From contig NC_043011.1 in assembly GCF_006345805.1 (NCBI RefSeq), positions 66,166,464-66,230,463 on the forward strand: 64,000 nucleotides of DNA, read 5' to 3'. Position 1 is the stretch's first letter; every line of letters begins with the position of its first letter. Positions 53,522 through 64,000 of this stretch are shown piece after piece. The position numbers and the translations under genes are program-made. The notes beneath the pieces were generated by a model, which had not been told where the DNA came from, ran no database searches, and was given only the letters and a program-made list of their open reading frames with translations. Source of the DNA: Octopus sinensis. Its lineage: Eukaryota.

Positions 53522-56387
53522 GTAATAATAATGCTTGTGACGCGCTCAATATATTTCAAAAATTATTATTCTTTTGACAGATATAGTATCCGAGAGAAAA
53601 TGTCCCAAATGATGCTTCAACAACTGCTTTCGTTAATTTCACAATACATTGAGATCCAACAAAATATGTGGCACTACCGCAGGTCATAGACAATCTCCAA
53701 TGAACACATCTAGATGCCTTTTCATGTATCCGTTTGCATTTTTTAAAGCCAAATACTACATTCTCTCAGCAAATCTTACAAAGGTGCAATTCACTCCTCT
53801 TATCAATTTTATACTTCGTCTATCTTGTTCTCAACGCTTGCTCCTGAACGTTGCAAATCAATGCCTCAGTGCATTCTTTTCCATCACTTTTCCTGAGTCA
53901 CCGCCATGTTTTGCTCTTGCTTTTCCCTTCAATTTCTCTAAGGAATTGCCCATGCACTACTTTCAACTTCCTGTTATTCAGTCTTTGCTCTCGTTATTTT
54001 CAAATTCTTTTATATGTTTTGCATTTTTGCGAGATATCATGTTATTTCTAATAGCATAAGTACTGCTGGCTGCTTACCATCACAAAGTTCACAACGCATA
54101 GCTTCCATCCCATGAACGCATTTCCCACCTCTTTTTCGGGATACATGAAATCTAGTTGCATCACTGTTAATATTCAATTCCGTTTTCCACGCAATAACTT
54201 TCCTGATTTTTCTAAACATTGCCTCAAGTTCGTTCATGTCTGTCCAAAAACACTTGTGCCATTTTGCATTAAGAAGACAACCCATTCATTCATTTCCCTC
54301 TTCCTCTTCTTCCTTCCACTCAGTCCACTCATCATCATTTACTTGATTCTCCTGATATAGTCTCCTAAAACTTTCTTTCAACTCCATCCCTTTGACATTT
54401 TCGCGTATTCCAACATACATAGATGCTTGTATTAATCCGCCTCAAGATCCGTAATAATCTCGCCGCCGGGCAGTTCTACAACACCGGATGATATTTACCC
54501 TTTTATTTCACGCTCACCCTTACCGGAATCATCGATATACAGTAGATGGTTCAATTTTCATCTATTTCTTATCTATCAGAAGCCACAAACAGCAATTGTT
54601 ATTGAGTATTTCTCTGATATAAGACGATCTAGATTTTAATCTTTACGAAAAACGCTCCATATAACGTTACATCTATGTTACATGTATATTACATGTTCTC
54701 ATTGACCTCCTGATAAAATTCAAAATGTTATCAGGAATCCGTGCCAACTGAACGTTTCTTCGTAAAATGTAGGGAGTGGGGAGTGACATCTCATCAGATT
54801 TCGTATAAATTATGCGTCCAGATATCAGTTCTATGCTCTGATTTTCTCCTTGCATCCGTTTTGTTGTACTAGAATCTTCTCATTCATTCCAAGCAAATCA
54901 TACACACAATTAGATATTATACCTGTCATCAATTTTCACATCAAGTTACATGAGAACTTAAGTCATCCTTTTTTTTCTGAGTTCCAATTCAGCCGATGGC
55001 AACTCAGCATTTCATCATTCTGGTTCTGTAAAATAAGTACCGTTTCAGTATATGGTTCAGTCTAATGGACTTGATTATTTTAAGGCGACGGTGGGGCAAA
55101 TAGTTAGCACACTTTATGAAACATTCAATGGTTTTCCACTCGTCTTCATGTTGTCAGTTGATATTCGTCCGAGGTCGCATTTGTCTGTCATCCTCTCAGG
55201 TTTAATATAATAAAACACAGTTGAGCTCTGGTGATTCGGTTTTCATCCATTTCTTATTTATCTGAGAGGAATCAGAAAACACAAACAGCAATGGCTATTG
55301 AGTTTTCTCTAATATAAAACGATCCAGATTTTAATCTCTACCAAAATCGATTATGAAAACGATTAGCCCCCGCTCTCAAAATTTCAATCACCGTTTAGTT
55401 TAGTGTCATTGTTATTATCTTTATGATTAGTATTATGTCTGCTAATTATGTTTTACATTACATTGCTTCATTAATTAATATCTAACATAACATGATGGCC
55501 ATTTCATGAGGTATTGTATTTACATACTTTAAATTCATAATCACTAATCACAATTTGTATATTACTAGCAATGTTATAATTGTGAATGCTGAAATCCAGG
55601 TCCAATTCATAGACTTGTGCTTGTGACGATAAACTGAATGCAAATTTGTTTCAGATTTATACGTTAACGAGGTATTACGTCTCTATTTCAGCATCTGGCG
55701 CTACATAAACCTAGTAGCAAAGATAAGGTACGTGATCTCTTTACAGCTGCTAGATCGGAACTTTAACTGCAGTATCAGTGATAACCTTTGTATTTACACC
55801 TGCATAAATATTGTAACATAACTCCTTTGCTATATTACATCATACACAGAATATCATTGCATTACTGATTATTATATTTTTTGAAATATATGATAAACGA
55901 CCCAAAAAATCTCTAGAGTAATATGACAACATAAACATATTCATTATTGCTTGTAGTAATATTATTAACCACTACAAAACTATTACAATATCAGGCCTAG
56001 GGGAAACTTGGAATCAATGTGGTGTGTAACGGTCATAAAAAATATGTGCAACAAAACATGTATAATTTTCATAATATTATTAGAACACGAAAGATATGCA
56101 TTTGTTAATAAAAATGCGCACATATGGCCAATTTCATTTCATCATTTATTAGTTAGGGACAAACGTTTTTGTCCCACCAGCTACAGCATGGAATCTGCCA
56201 CTCTTTAGCACATTTAGCTTCAAAATACGATTTCAGATCAAATGTCTCGCCCTGGAAATACATTTCATAAATATTCTTTCCATAAACAAGTATTAAAATC
56301 TTCTACATTTGTCTGTTCTCTTTACAGGTGAAATCCGGATCAGCAATCATTACTGCATTTGTGGGTATATATTTCATGCATAACTAA
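44047..56387 (+). CDS. Gene 3: secreted/GPI-anchored 6-Cys protein, 102 aa, 5 exons
   Basis: Exons 44047-44083, 44757-44850, 49458-49539, 55692-55727, 56328-56387, GT-AG, phases 1,2,0,0, total 309 nt. Protein MMKLIFIYLLLIGEVLTADKCVRLAETYCKESFVEYQKNSRMCKSYTDFLSCFNKLDSICHDNFKNFHKCFHLALHKPSSKDKVKSGSAIITAFVGIYFMHN*. Cys spacing is identical to genes 1 and 2; AATAAA at 56526-56531. Confidence 0.88.
44191..44560 (+). mobile_element. tRNA-derived SINE with internal (TA)n
   Basis: Same family as 13748 and 46075. Confidence 0.8.
45057..47101 (-). mobile_element. Tc1-like DNA transposon (DD34E), ~225-bp TIRs, TA target duplication, inactivated
   Basis: TA|CAATTGCGGCCAAAATG...CATTTTGGCCGCAACTG|TA. Transposase pieces 46469-46777, 45721-46068 (FSDESKF) and 45367-45669 (QDNAPCH-x34-E in SPDLNPIEN). 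Confidence 0.95.
46075..46492 (-). mobile_element. tRNA-derived SINE inserted into the Tc1 transposase
   Basis: Full head-to-tail SINE sequence interrupts the ORF between the DNA-binding and catalytic domains. Confidence 0.85.
47198..47500 (+). mobile_element. Mariner 5' remnant
   Basis: TACGAGG.. terminus; MATPLKMCT..IQFIW..SAAE..AQYGDS resembles mariner transposase N-termini. Confidence 0.55.
47680..47750 (-). mobile_element. Short RTE-like RT fragment
   Basis: Minus strand RQLCFADDCVVPANGEADL. Confidence 0.5.
48285..48400 (-). mobile_element. SINE fragment (family of 41833)
   Basis: Reverse complement of the head and body (cttgagcaagacac, ttcactcagctgtagt). Confidence 0.6.
48669..48722 (+). 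ncRNA. Hammerhead-like motif
   Basis: tca-CTGACGA-AGAG...CTCT-GAAA-TCG gtc CGA-TA-tgg: core, stem II and stem III present; stem I is short. Confidence 0.5.
49838..50045. repeat. (AAT)n microsatellite, LINE target
   Basis: Direct reading; further (AAT)n at 52206-52246 and 53414-53530. Confidence 0.95.
50046..52205 (+). mobile_element. R4/Dong-clade non-LTR retrotransposon (RT, CCHC, restriction-like endonuclease), 5'-truncated, frameshifted
   Basis: WIDYKKAFDS, RGIFQGDTLSP, LLYMDDLK; CRICG..ETINHIISSC; KPDIVV..LIDVSVP..EKLSKYKDL; embedded in (TAA)n. Confidence 0.9.
52247..53413 (+). mobile_element. Second, shorter R4/Dong 3' copy with an expanded (GAA)n
   Basis: Aligns to about 51097-52205 with few substitutions; (AAT)n on both sides. 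Confidence 0.9.
53690..54860 (-). mobile_element. Old degenerate R4-like LINE RT fragments
   Basis: WTDMNEL..RKIRK..SDATRFHVSRKRGG and IIYTKSDE..PDNILNFIRRSM parallel the ORF at 50074. Confidence 0.6.
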
Positions 56388-56919
56388 ATAGGTTAAATGC
56401 CATCATAAATAATATACCTGTGTTATTTTGAAGATCTTAATGAGGTGGAAATCATATATCTCTGAAACAAGCCATCGGAAGAGACTGACCTAAACATTTG
56501 ACATTTCTCTTTCTATTTTAATTGTAATAAATCATGAACATAACCATCTACTTAATTTTGTTATCCCTTTATGACATCCAACGATACAGCAGCTGCCATA
56601 CTGAAGAACAGTTTACGTAGTGCGCTCTCATTATATAGTACCAAGCTTTTTCCGAGCGAGGATTTCCAATGTCACTGCCCTCATTTGCATTTCTTGCAGG
56701 GATGTCGGTTCGTCATGAAGCGCAGAAAGGATGGACTCCAGTTGAGGCTTAAATTCATTTACATTCCCTCCATGAATATTATTCCCTTTCTCTCCCAATA
56801 CATTCAACGTTTGCTGTTGATTGTCATCTGCTTATGTATTTTATTAAAATAATGGCTTCCAAATAAGAAAATTTCTACTTTGTTACATATAGCAATATTT
56901 TCTACTATAGGCACGAGGC

Positions 56920-57100
56920 CTTAAATTTGGGGGAGGGAGGTAGTCGATTACATCGCCCCTAGTGTTCATCTGGTACTAAATCTTTCGACCCCGAATGGTC
57001 GAAGGCCAAAGTCGACCTCAGTGGAATTTGATATTAGAACGTAGTGACGAGCGAAACCCGGTAAGTATTTCTTCCTGCTTGCTAACGAATTCTGCAAGCT
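56920..57100 (+). mobile_element. Degenerate SINE fragment
   Basis: gtcgattacatcg..tcgaccccgaa..aaagtcgacctc..ggaatttga..agaacgt. Confidence 0.55.
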
Positions 57101-58101
57101 CACCCCTATTTCTTATATATGATAATAATTATTATTATTGATCATTGAAGCAGCTGCTTTCATTCTTTCTATGTAATTCTACAGCGTACCACGGTGATTG
57201 GCTGATTAATAGTTTGACCCCGAGATATTATTTTGGTCCGTTCATAGTGTCTTGACACTTGCATAGTTTTCGAATCATCGCTACGAAGGTAAACATCATA
57301 GTTTTATCAAGTGTTGGTTGGGCATTGTAAATATGCAATCACAAACTTCAGTTTAACCCGTACATCTGACTCTGAGTTGGTCTTTACTGGGTATAAAGTT
57401 GTGCACAAATGGCGTTTAACGTTTATGGCCGTTATTTCAGTAATATTTAATTGCTTAATCCATAAAAGACTAGATCTTTGGAAAATATCATAAGCGAATA
57501 TATTATTTCTGAGGATTACTGACGGAGATCAAATGTAGCGGGCGTCATAAACTAACTCTATTAACTCTGGTATCATATAACTTATTCCTTTGAACACTGC
57601 AATTCGTCTGCCTTATTGGTAGTAAACATTTCTTCACGCAGATTTATATTAATATACAGAAAAAATACATATATGTATATGTATGTGTATTTTCCTATGC
57701 ATACATAACTTATGTATCTATATTTATATTTCTCTGTCTCTCCCTCTCTCTCCATCTCCATATATTTATATAGGGGATATTCCGTATAAATTTGAGTTCG
57801 CTTAAAAGGAAGATAAAACACAATATTTATTATTCCAGCCGACAATAAAAGTAGTTTAAACTATCAAGAATATCGACTAGATTACGATTAGGAGATAGCA
57901 GCTTCGTCCATTAACCTCTGTCTGCTTACAGAATTATGCTTATCCAAGCTTAAATCGCTAACAACGAGGGATAGATGTAATTATTATATCCATCAATGCG
58001 GTCTTTATTGTGTGACTGGGAAGATCTGTGAACACATTGACCTTGACTCAAATCAGTCTGCTGGTTGCAATCGCGACAGTTGTTGTCTTTCTCAAAATCC
58101 T

Positions 58102-58170
58102 ACCACACATATTAATCCACATATTAATCCACATATTAATCCACACATATTAATCCACATCGAAAGGATT
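58102..58170. repeat. 12-bp tandem repeat (ccacatattaat)n
   Basis: About four to five copies visible. Confidence 0.85.
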
Positions 58171-60030
58171 CCAACCAGGGAGAGTAAAGTACGCCAGAAA
58201 TAGGGACCACTTGATGTCGTAAATCTCACTGCCCAAGGATTAACAACAGTCTCCAACAGCTTCGCTCAGTCGTGTGAATTTATCCTAAGTCACTATTGAC
58301 CAGTTTTGAGAACAACACATGTGTGCAGATTGAGTCAGATCCATAATTCTGTCGCCTCTCGCTGGCCAGGTCTTCGTGGGCTTCGTTGCAGCTTTCATCG
58401 TCACGTTTAACTGCCTTTACTGTGTACGCAGCTTATTGAGCAACTCTCATGATATCCTTATTTTGATACCGGGACGCGACTCAGCCTGATTCATTTAACT
58501 CTTTTCCCATTTAATTAAACAATGCACTCATTGTATCAATTTAAAATGCAGAGCAATCTTCAGCTGCACAAAGACATAGAATTTAATTAAATTAGAACCG
58601 ATATACATATTAGTATAATTATAACTAAAATCTAGCATAGAAGTTACTTCTATGCTGGAGTGAGACAGCATGTTCTTTGTCTATCTCCTTAAATTCTTGG
58701 AGATTTTAGGCATAACATAGATCCACCCCTTTTTGGCAAATCTACGTCCTTTAAAATATCAATCTTCAAATACGCTGGATGTCAAAATAAGTGTCGGACT
58801 CATCAGAGTGCATAACAATATTTTCTGGAACAAATAAGTCTTGTGGCGGAAGAAATTTAAATATTTGAAGGAGGGTTTCATTTGAATGTAGCAGAGGCCA
58901 TATCCCGGTATCGAAATTTACTCGATCCAATGATTATTTTGCTTAGTGAAGCCTGAATTCTTGACAATACCAAAGTATCAATCGCTCGCAATGTTAGTTA
59001 GCTCTCGCCACGACTGTATCGAAAATAAATTATGTTAAACGGTTGTATTTTACAGTAAAAATCACTCACGTAAAGCAACTAAATTAAATTCATTTCAACC
59101 ATTCTTCTCAGAAACACCATTCCATTAAATTCACCACATTTCTATTCACAGTTAGTCCGATGTACTTGTACATGTGTACATGGGTAAGAATACACAAATG
59201 GAATGTGCTAGGCTTCTGTTTGTCGGCATTTGGAAAAACGTTAAGAAAAGCGACCTGCTTTTAGGAATTTTATCAAAAGTTATCACCTCAAATTAGGACC
59301 TGATAGAGAAAACCGAATAGAAATTCCGTGCTCAGTACTCCCAAATTACCTGGGTCTTACGAATTCAAATCTAATTCAATAGACAAAAAATTGAAATTCG
59401 TTCACTTCGTAGGAGGACTGAGAAATTGTATTGTGGTAGGTGGCATTAACTCCAAGAAAAAAAGAACCAACGATACTTCAACTTCGATATTCCACAAAAC
59501 ATCATTGCTTTGGTGAAAGACAGCTGTAAAAATAGGTTTCTGCCACAATAGAGCTGACAAGTACATAAATATTGCTAGCGTATTGTCAGATAAATATCTT
59601 TGGAGACATATACGAAGAGGACACACTATTTACGATCTAGGTATTTTCCATCAAGGCAAACAGCCTGGTGACTATGTTTCTACAACAAAGAAAATTAAGA
59701 TAGCATTCAGAAAATGATTGATTTATTGAAATATATCCAAAGTTTTAAAAAGTATGAGCGAATCGACACGGGAGATAATAGCAAGAATCATGAATTCTCC
59801 AAAATTGTAATAACAATCGTAAATTAATATTCTGAAGGGCAGGAATAAAGGTATGCTGTCATAAAATTTCCCCATCAGTACTACAACTGTCCAACTTTAT
59901 ATTGAGTGACCAATTTTCTAACACGTGCTAAAAGCAGCATATTAGACGCACATGCATAGAAACATACGTATACATAGAAAAATATATACCTACTGTATAT
60001 GCACTTAAAGGTGAATGTGTCTACTTTTAA

Positions 60031-60067
<37 letters not shown>

Positions 60068-60085
60068 CATACATGCATACATACA

Positions 60086-63000
60086 TTATTATTATGGCTG
60101 CCCCCTCGTTATCGAGTATGGCCATTGCACAAAGCTTAACTGTTACTGGTGCTGTGATCGAATGTGACTTTTTAGCGCAGCTAAAGATCTACAATGCCTT
60201 GTACAAAATTAGCAACTAAGACCTTTACTGGTAATAGCCGGCTGTAGTTGTAATTGGGCTTCATGTACCTTTGCATGTCGTTTAAGTCCTCCTGCCGAAT
60301 TACACTCTCTTCCACATGCTCGACAGATATGATTAGTATGGTGTGTTACACCACCACCAATGGCCAGGTTGTCACTCATCTGTCTCGTTTTATGACTACG
60401 AAGATGACTCATGAGTCCAGCGTTACTGAGGCAGGGTCTTGCACAGACATTGCATGTCAAAATCAAAGGAAGACCCTTCCCTTCTGGAAGTGTAACAGCG
60501 ATGCCCTTCCTGACATCCCTCCTTACTTTCTCATGTGCAGCTCGAGATTTCCCAAACGTGGCCGTCCCCTCCTCTACAATCCTTCTCCACCTGCTGCGAT
60601 CAATAGCTATGCCCTCCCATGTGTCAGGAGAGATGCAAGCATCTCTTAAGAAATCCTTCACTAAGTCCTTATACCTCTCTTTTGGTTTATGTGGGGGTCG
60701 TTCTCCTTTAGTTAATTCTCCATAAAAGAGTTGATTTGGCATCCTCGAATCCTTCATTCTGATCAGATTACCACTCCATCTGAGCCTTTGCTTTAACACA
60801 AGAGCTTCTATACTTTCACACCGAGAGCCTTCCAATATTTCAAGATCACTGATGTGGTCCTCCCACTTAATGCCATAGATACGTCTGAGGGACATCTGAT
60901 GGAAACGTTCCAGTTGTTTAAGGTGCTATCGATATCTGACCCACGTCTCGCAGGCATAGAGAAGAGAAGGGAGCACACATGCCTTGTACACCTTTATCTT
61001 TGTCTTTCTGCTTATGTCTCGCCGACTCCAGAGGCGCTTTTCTAGCCTTCCGAAAGCAACACTTGCTTTCCTAATTCTATATGGAACTTCATCATCCACA
61101 TTGCCATATCTATTAATAGTGCTTCGCAGGTAGAAAAACTGATCGACTACATCCAGTCGTTTACCATTCACATAGATATTTGGTACACTATACTGCTTAC
61201 CAGGGACAGGTTGTTGCATGACAACAGATTTCTTGAGATTCATTGTCAAACCTAAGGCAGTGCAAGCATCAGAGAATGCATTCAAAATGTGTTGCATATC
61301 AATCTCTGTGTGTGCTACTAGCTCACAATCATCAGCACAAAAAGGTCGCTTATGATAGAGGTAAATATCTTCGTTTTTGCAACAAGGCGCCTGATAGTAA
61401 ATATGCTGCCAGAGGTTCGATAATGGACGTAAACGCCGTATCAGCAGTTTCTGAATGCCATACAGAACACCATCGCGAAATATATGAAAAATAAATCCCC
61501 CTGTTTCACTCCGTTTTCTATTGAAATGGGCTCCGACATTTTCCCTCTAACATTCACCCTACCATTCGTGTCTTCATGAAAAAGACTAACCAAAGCAAGG
61601 AACTTTTCAGGACACCCAAGTTTCTGGAGGACTTTCCACAATGCTTTTCTATTGACGGTATGAAAGGCTTTGGCAGATCGACAAACACCTAATACAAATC
61701 CAGACCCTGTTCCACATACCTTTCCTGAAGCTGTCTAGTTGAAAAGATCATATCAGCAGTGCCGCGTCCCACACGAAAGCCAGATTGACTTTCTGGAAGA
61801 ACACAATCTGCAATGTTTTTCAGCAGACGATCCAGAAGTATCCTACATAAAACCTTTCCTACGCTAGACAGCAATGATATTCCCCTATAATTACCACAAT
61901 CATTCCTGTTGCCCTTTCCCTTATACAGGACCACCATTACTGCATCTCTCCAGTCCTCAGGTACAGATTCACTAGTCCATATCTTACCAAACAAAGAGTG
62001 AAGTTTCTGCAGAATTTTCTCACCACCATGCTGTAACAACTCCGCATGTATGCCATCCATACCCGGAGACTTCCCATTATTCAACCTTGAGACAGCCATT
62101 GCAACTTCTTCCAACTTTGGTGGTTCTGCGAGTGCTGCCTTCACAGGAAATCCAGGGATGAGATTGAGAATATCCTCACTAACTACAGAATGCTGATTCA
62201 AAAGTTCATCAATGTGTTCTTGCCGCCTTTGCAGAATTCCTTGTGAATCACGAAGAAGTTCTTTACCATCCCTGCTTCGAATTGGTGTCATCAGGGAAGA
62301 TGTCGGTCCATAGACTTCTCGCAAGAGACCATACAACAGCTTTGTGTTATTGGAATCTGATGCCGCCTGTATCTCGTCAGCATTCTTACTCCACCACGTA
62401 TCCCTCAGCTGAGAGATCTTTTGCCTCACACGTGATTTTACGTCCTTGAGTTCCCTATGCAACACTTCCATTTCCTGTAGCTTTGCTGACAAATAGCGTG
62501 ACAAAGTACGTCTTTTATCAGCCAATAAATCATCTATATGTTCATCAGTTTCTTTGAACTAATCTTGATGCTTTCTTTGTATCAATCCCAGAAATTTTTG
62601 CCTATATCATAAACTGACTTTTTAAGGGTCGGCCAATCCTCCCCAATATCTTCAGCATTCATTTCCTCTCGTAAAGTTCTCTGCACACTATTATACCTAA
62701 GACGATCAACATTCAGTCTTTTAGGCTGGGTCATCCCTGCAGCTCGGATTTTATGTTTTGTGACTAATTTCACTTTTGCACGTACTAGGCGGTGGTCAGT
62801 CCAACACTCAGCTCCACGAAGAACACGATAACACTGCACATCCCGTCTGTCACGCACCATAACTAGGATGTAATCCAGAATATGCAATTCTTTAGATGCA
62901 GGGTGCATCCATGTAGTCTTAAGCTTATTCTTTTATTGAAACATGGTATTGGTAACACACAGACTTAGCTCCTCACACATCTGCAGCAAACGTATGCCAT

Positions 63001-64000
63001 TACTACTACACTTCCCCACCCCATGCTTTCCAATTACAGTCCATGTCTTAAAATCCCTACCCACTCTAGCATTAAAGTCACCCAGTACAATGACTTTGTC
63101 TGCCCGAGGGATATTTCTTATAATGCCCTTCAAAGCATGGTAGAAAGAAAGTTTTTCGTCATCAGTAGAGCACACGGAGCATACACACTCACCAAGGTCA
63201 TATAATTTCCTTTAGCCAAAGGAATTCTCATGGACATAAGACGCTCGTTAATTCCGATTGGGAATTCTTCCAACTTGTCCACAAGAGTAGTGTTAACAGC
63301 AAATGCCACTCCAGCTTCTCCTGTAAGCTCTTCATCTCTCCCTTTCCAAAAGAATGTATATTTTCCACAAGATTCTGTAAGATGACCATCTCCAGGTAAT
63401 CTCGTCTCAGATAAAGCAATGATTTCAAGATCATAGCTTTGAAGCTCCTTCGCAACAAGCGCAGTCCTTCTTTCAGGACATTCAGAGGACTTGTGGTCAA
63501 GCAGTGTCCGTACAATCCAACAGCCAATCTTCAATATTTTCTTTGGTTCTATCACAGTAGAATGATGACGGCCGGGTTCAGACTGTGATGCTCTGGAGCC
63601 CCTGCCGGGTCAAACTCTTTCAGCTGATGTGGTTCCAGAGTCCTTACTGCCATTTACTTTTATACTGTTTTGGTACATCATTGATTTTTTGCTTTTTAAG
63701 GCTACAGTCAGTCATTCAGTTGAGACTCACAGCAACATCAACAGTCATGAATTAGTAAATCCCTTTAATCAATCCAATGTAGTTATCGTGCAATACCTGT
63801 GCAAAAGATCTTTTTGAAGTGAGAAAAGGCTGTGCACTGAGTCAATCCCACTCACTAAGCAACAGCAGCCATAAACCAAAAAGAAGAACAAGTCAAGAAC
63901 TGAGCCGCAGGTTTTATGTCGGAGTTATCCCAGTTACCTGAGTTACCTTCTCCTAGAAGGATGCCCTAACAAAGGCTAGGAGTCCTTCACTCCCAATGGT
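60086..64000 (-). mobile_element. Near full-length RTE-clade LINE (APE endonuclease, RT, C-terminal C2H2-like fingers), frameshifted
   Basis: APE: IIALSETRL, IVLGDFNARVG, ILDYILV..ECWTDHRLV. RT: KSPGMDGI, NYRGISLLS, ESQSGFR, GVKQGD, FFYLRSTI. Tail CNVC..H..H and CRAC..H..H. 5'UTR-like sequence runs to the window end. Confidence 0.92.

Noticed and set aside
59152-59183. Candidate micro-exon (LVRCTCTCVHG) with good splice sites
   Set aside because: It is isolated, with no upstream signal exon or matching Cys pattern.

Overview
AT-rich, microsatellite- and transposon-dense animal DNA. The tRNA-derived SINE families and repeat landscape point to an octopus (inference). The ORF track is almost all microsatellite noise or transposon debris and misses the host genes. 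Reading splice sites directly shows a tandem cluster of three + strand, five-exon paralogous genes (CDS spans 2240-9616, 13058-26130, 44047-56387). They encode 99-102 aa precursors with a signal peptide, an invariant 6-Cys domain (C-x7-C-x13-C-x8-C-x7-C-x9-C), a micro-exon stalk and a 19-aa hydrophobic C-terminal exon resembling a GPI-anchor signal. I do not recognise them as a named family. Traces of a decayed fourth copy may lie at about 27.7-40.6 kb. Intron 1 of gene 2 holds a ~480-bp tandem/inverted repeat array with a type I hammerhead ribozyme motif in every unit (retrozyme-like). The rest is Penelope-like elements (several with hammerhead motifs), R4/Dong LINEs in (TAA)n tracts, a near full-length RTE LINE, Tc1/mariner and Chapaev-like remnants, Helentron-like non-autonomous elements, MITEs, SINEs and simple repeats.
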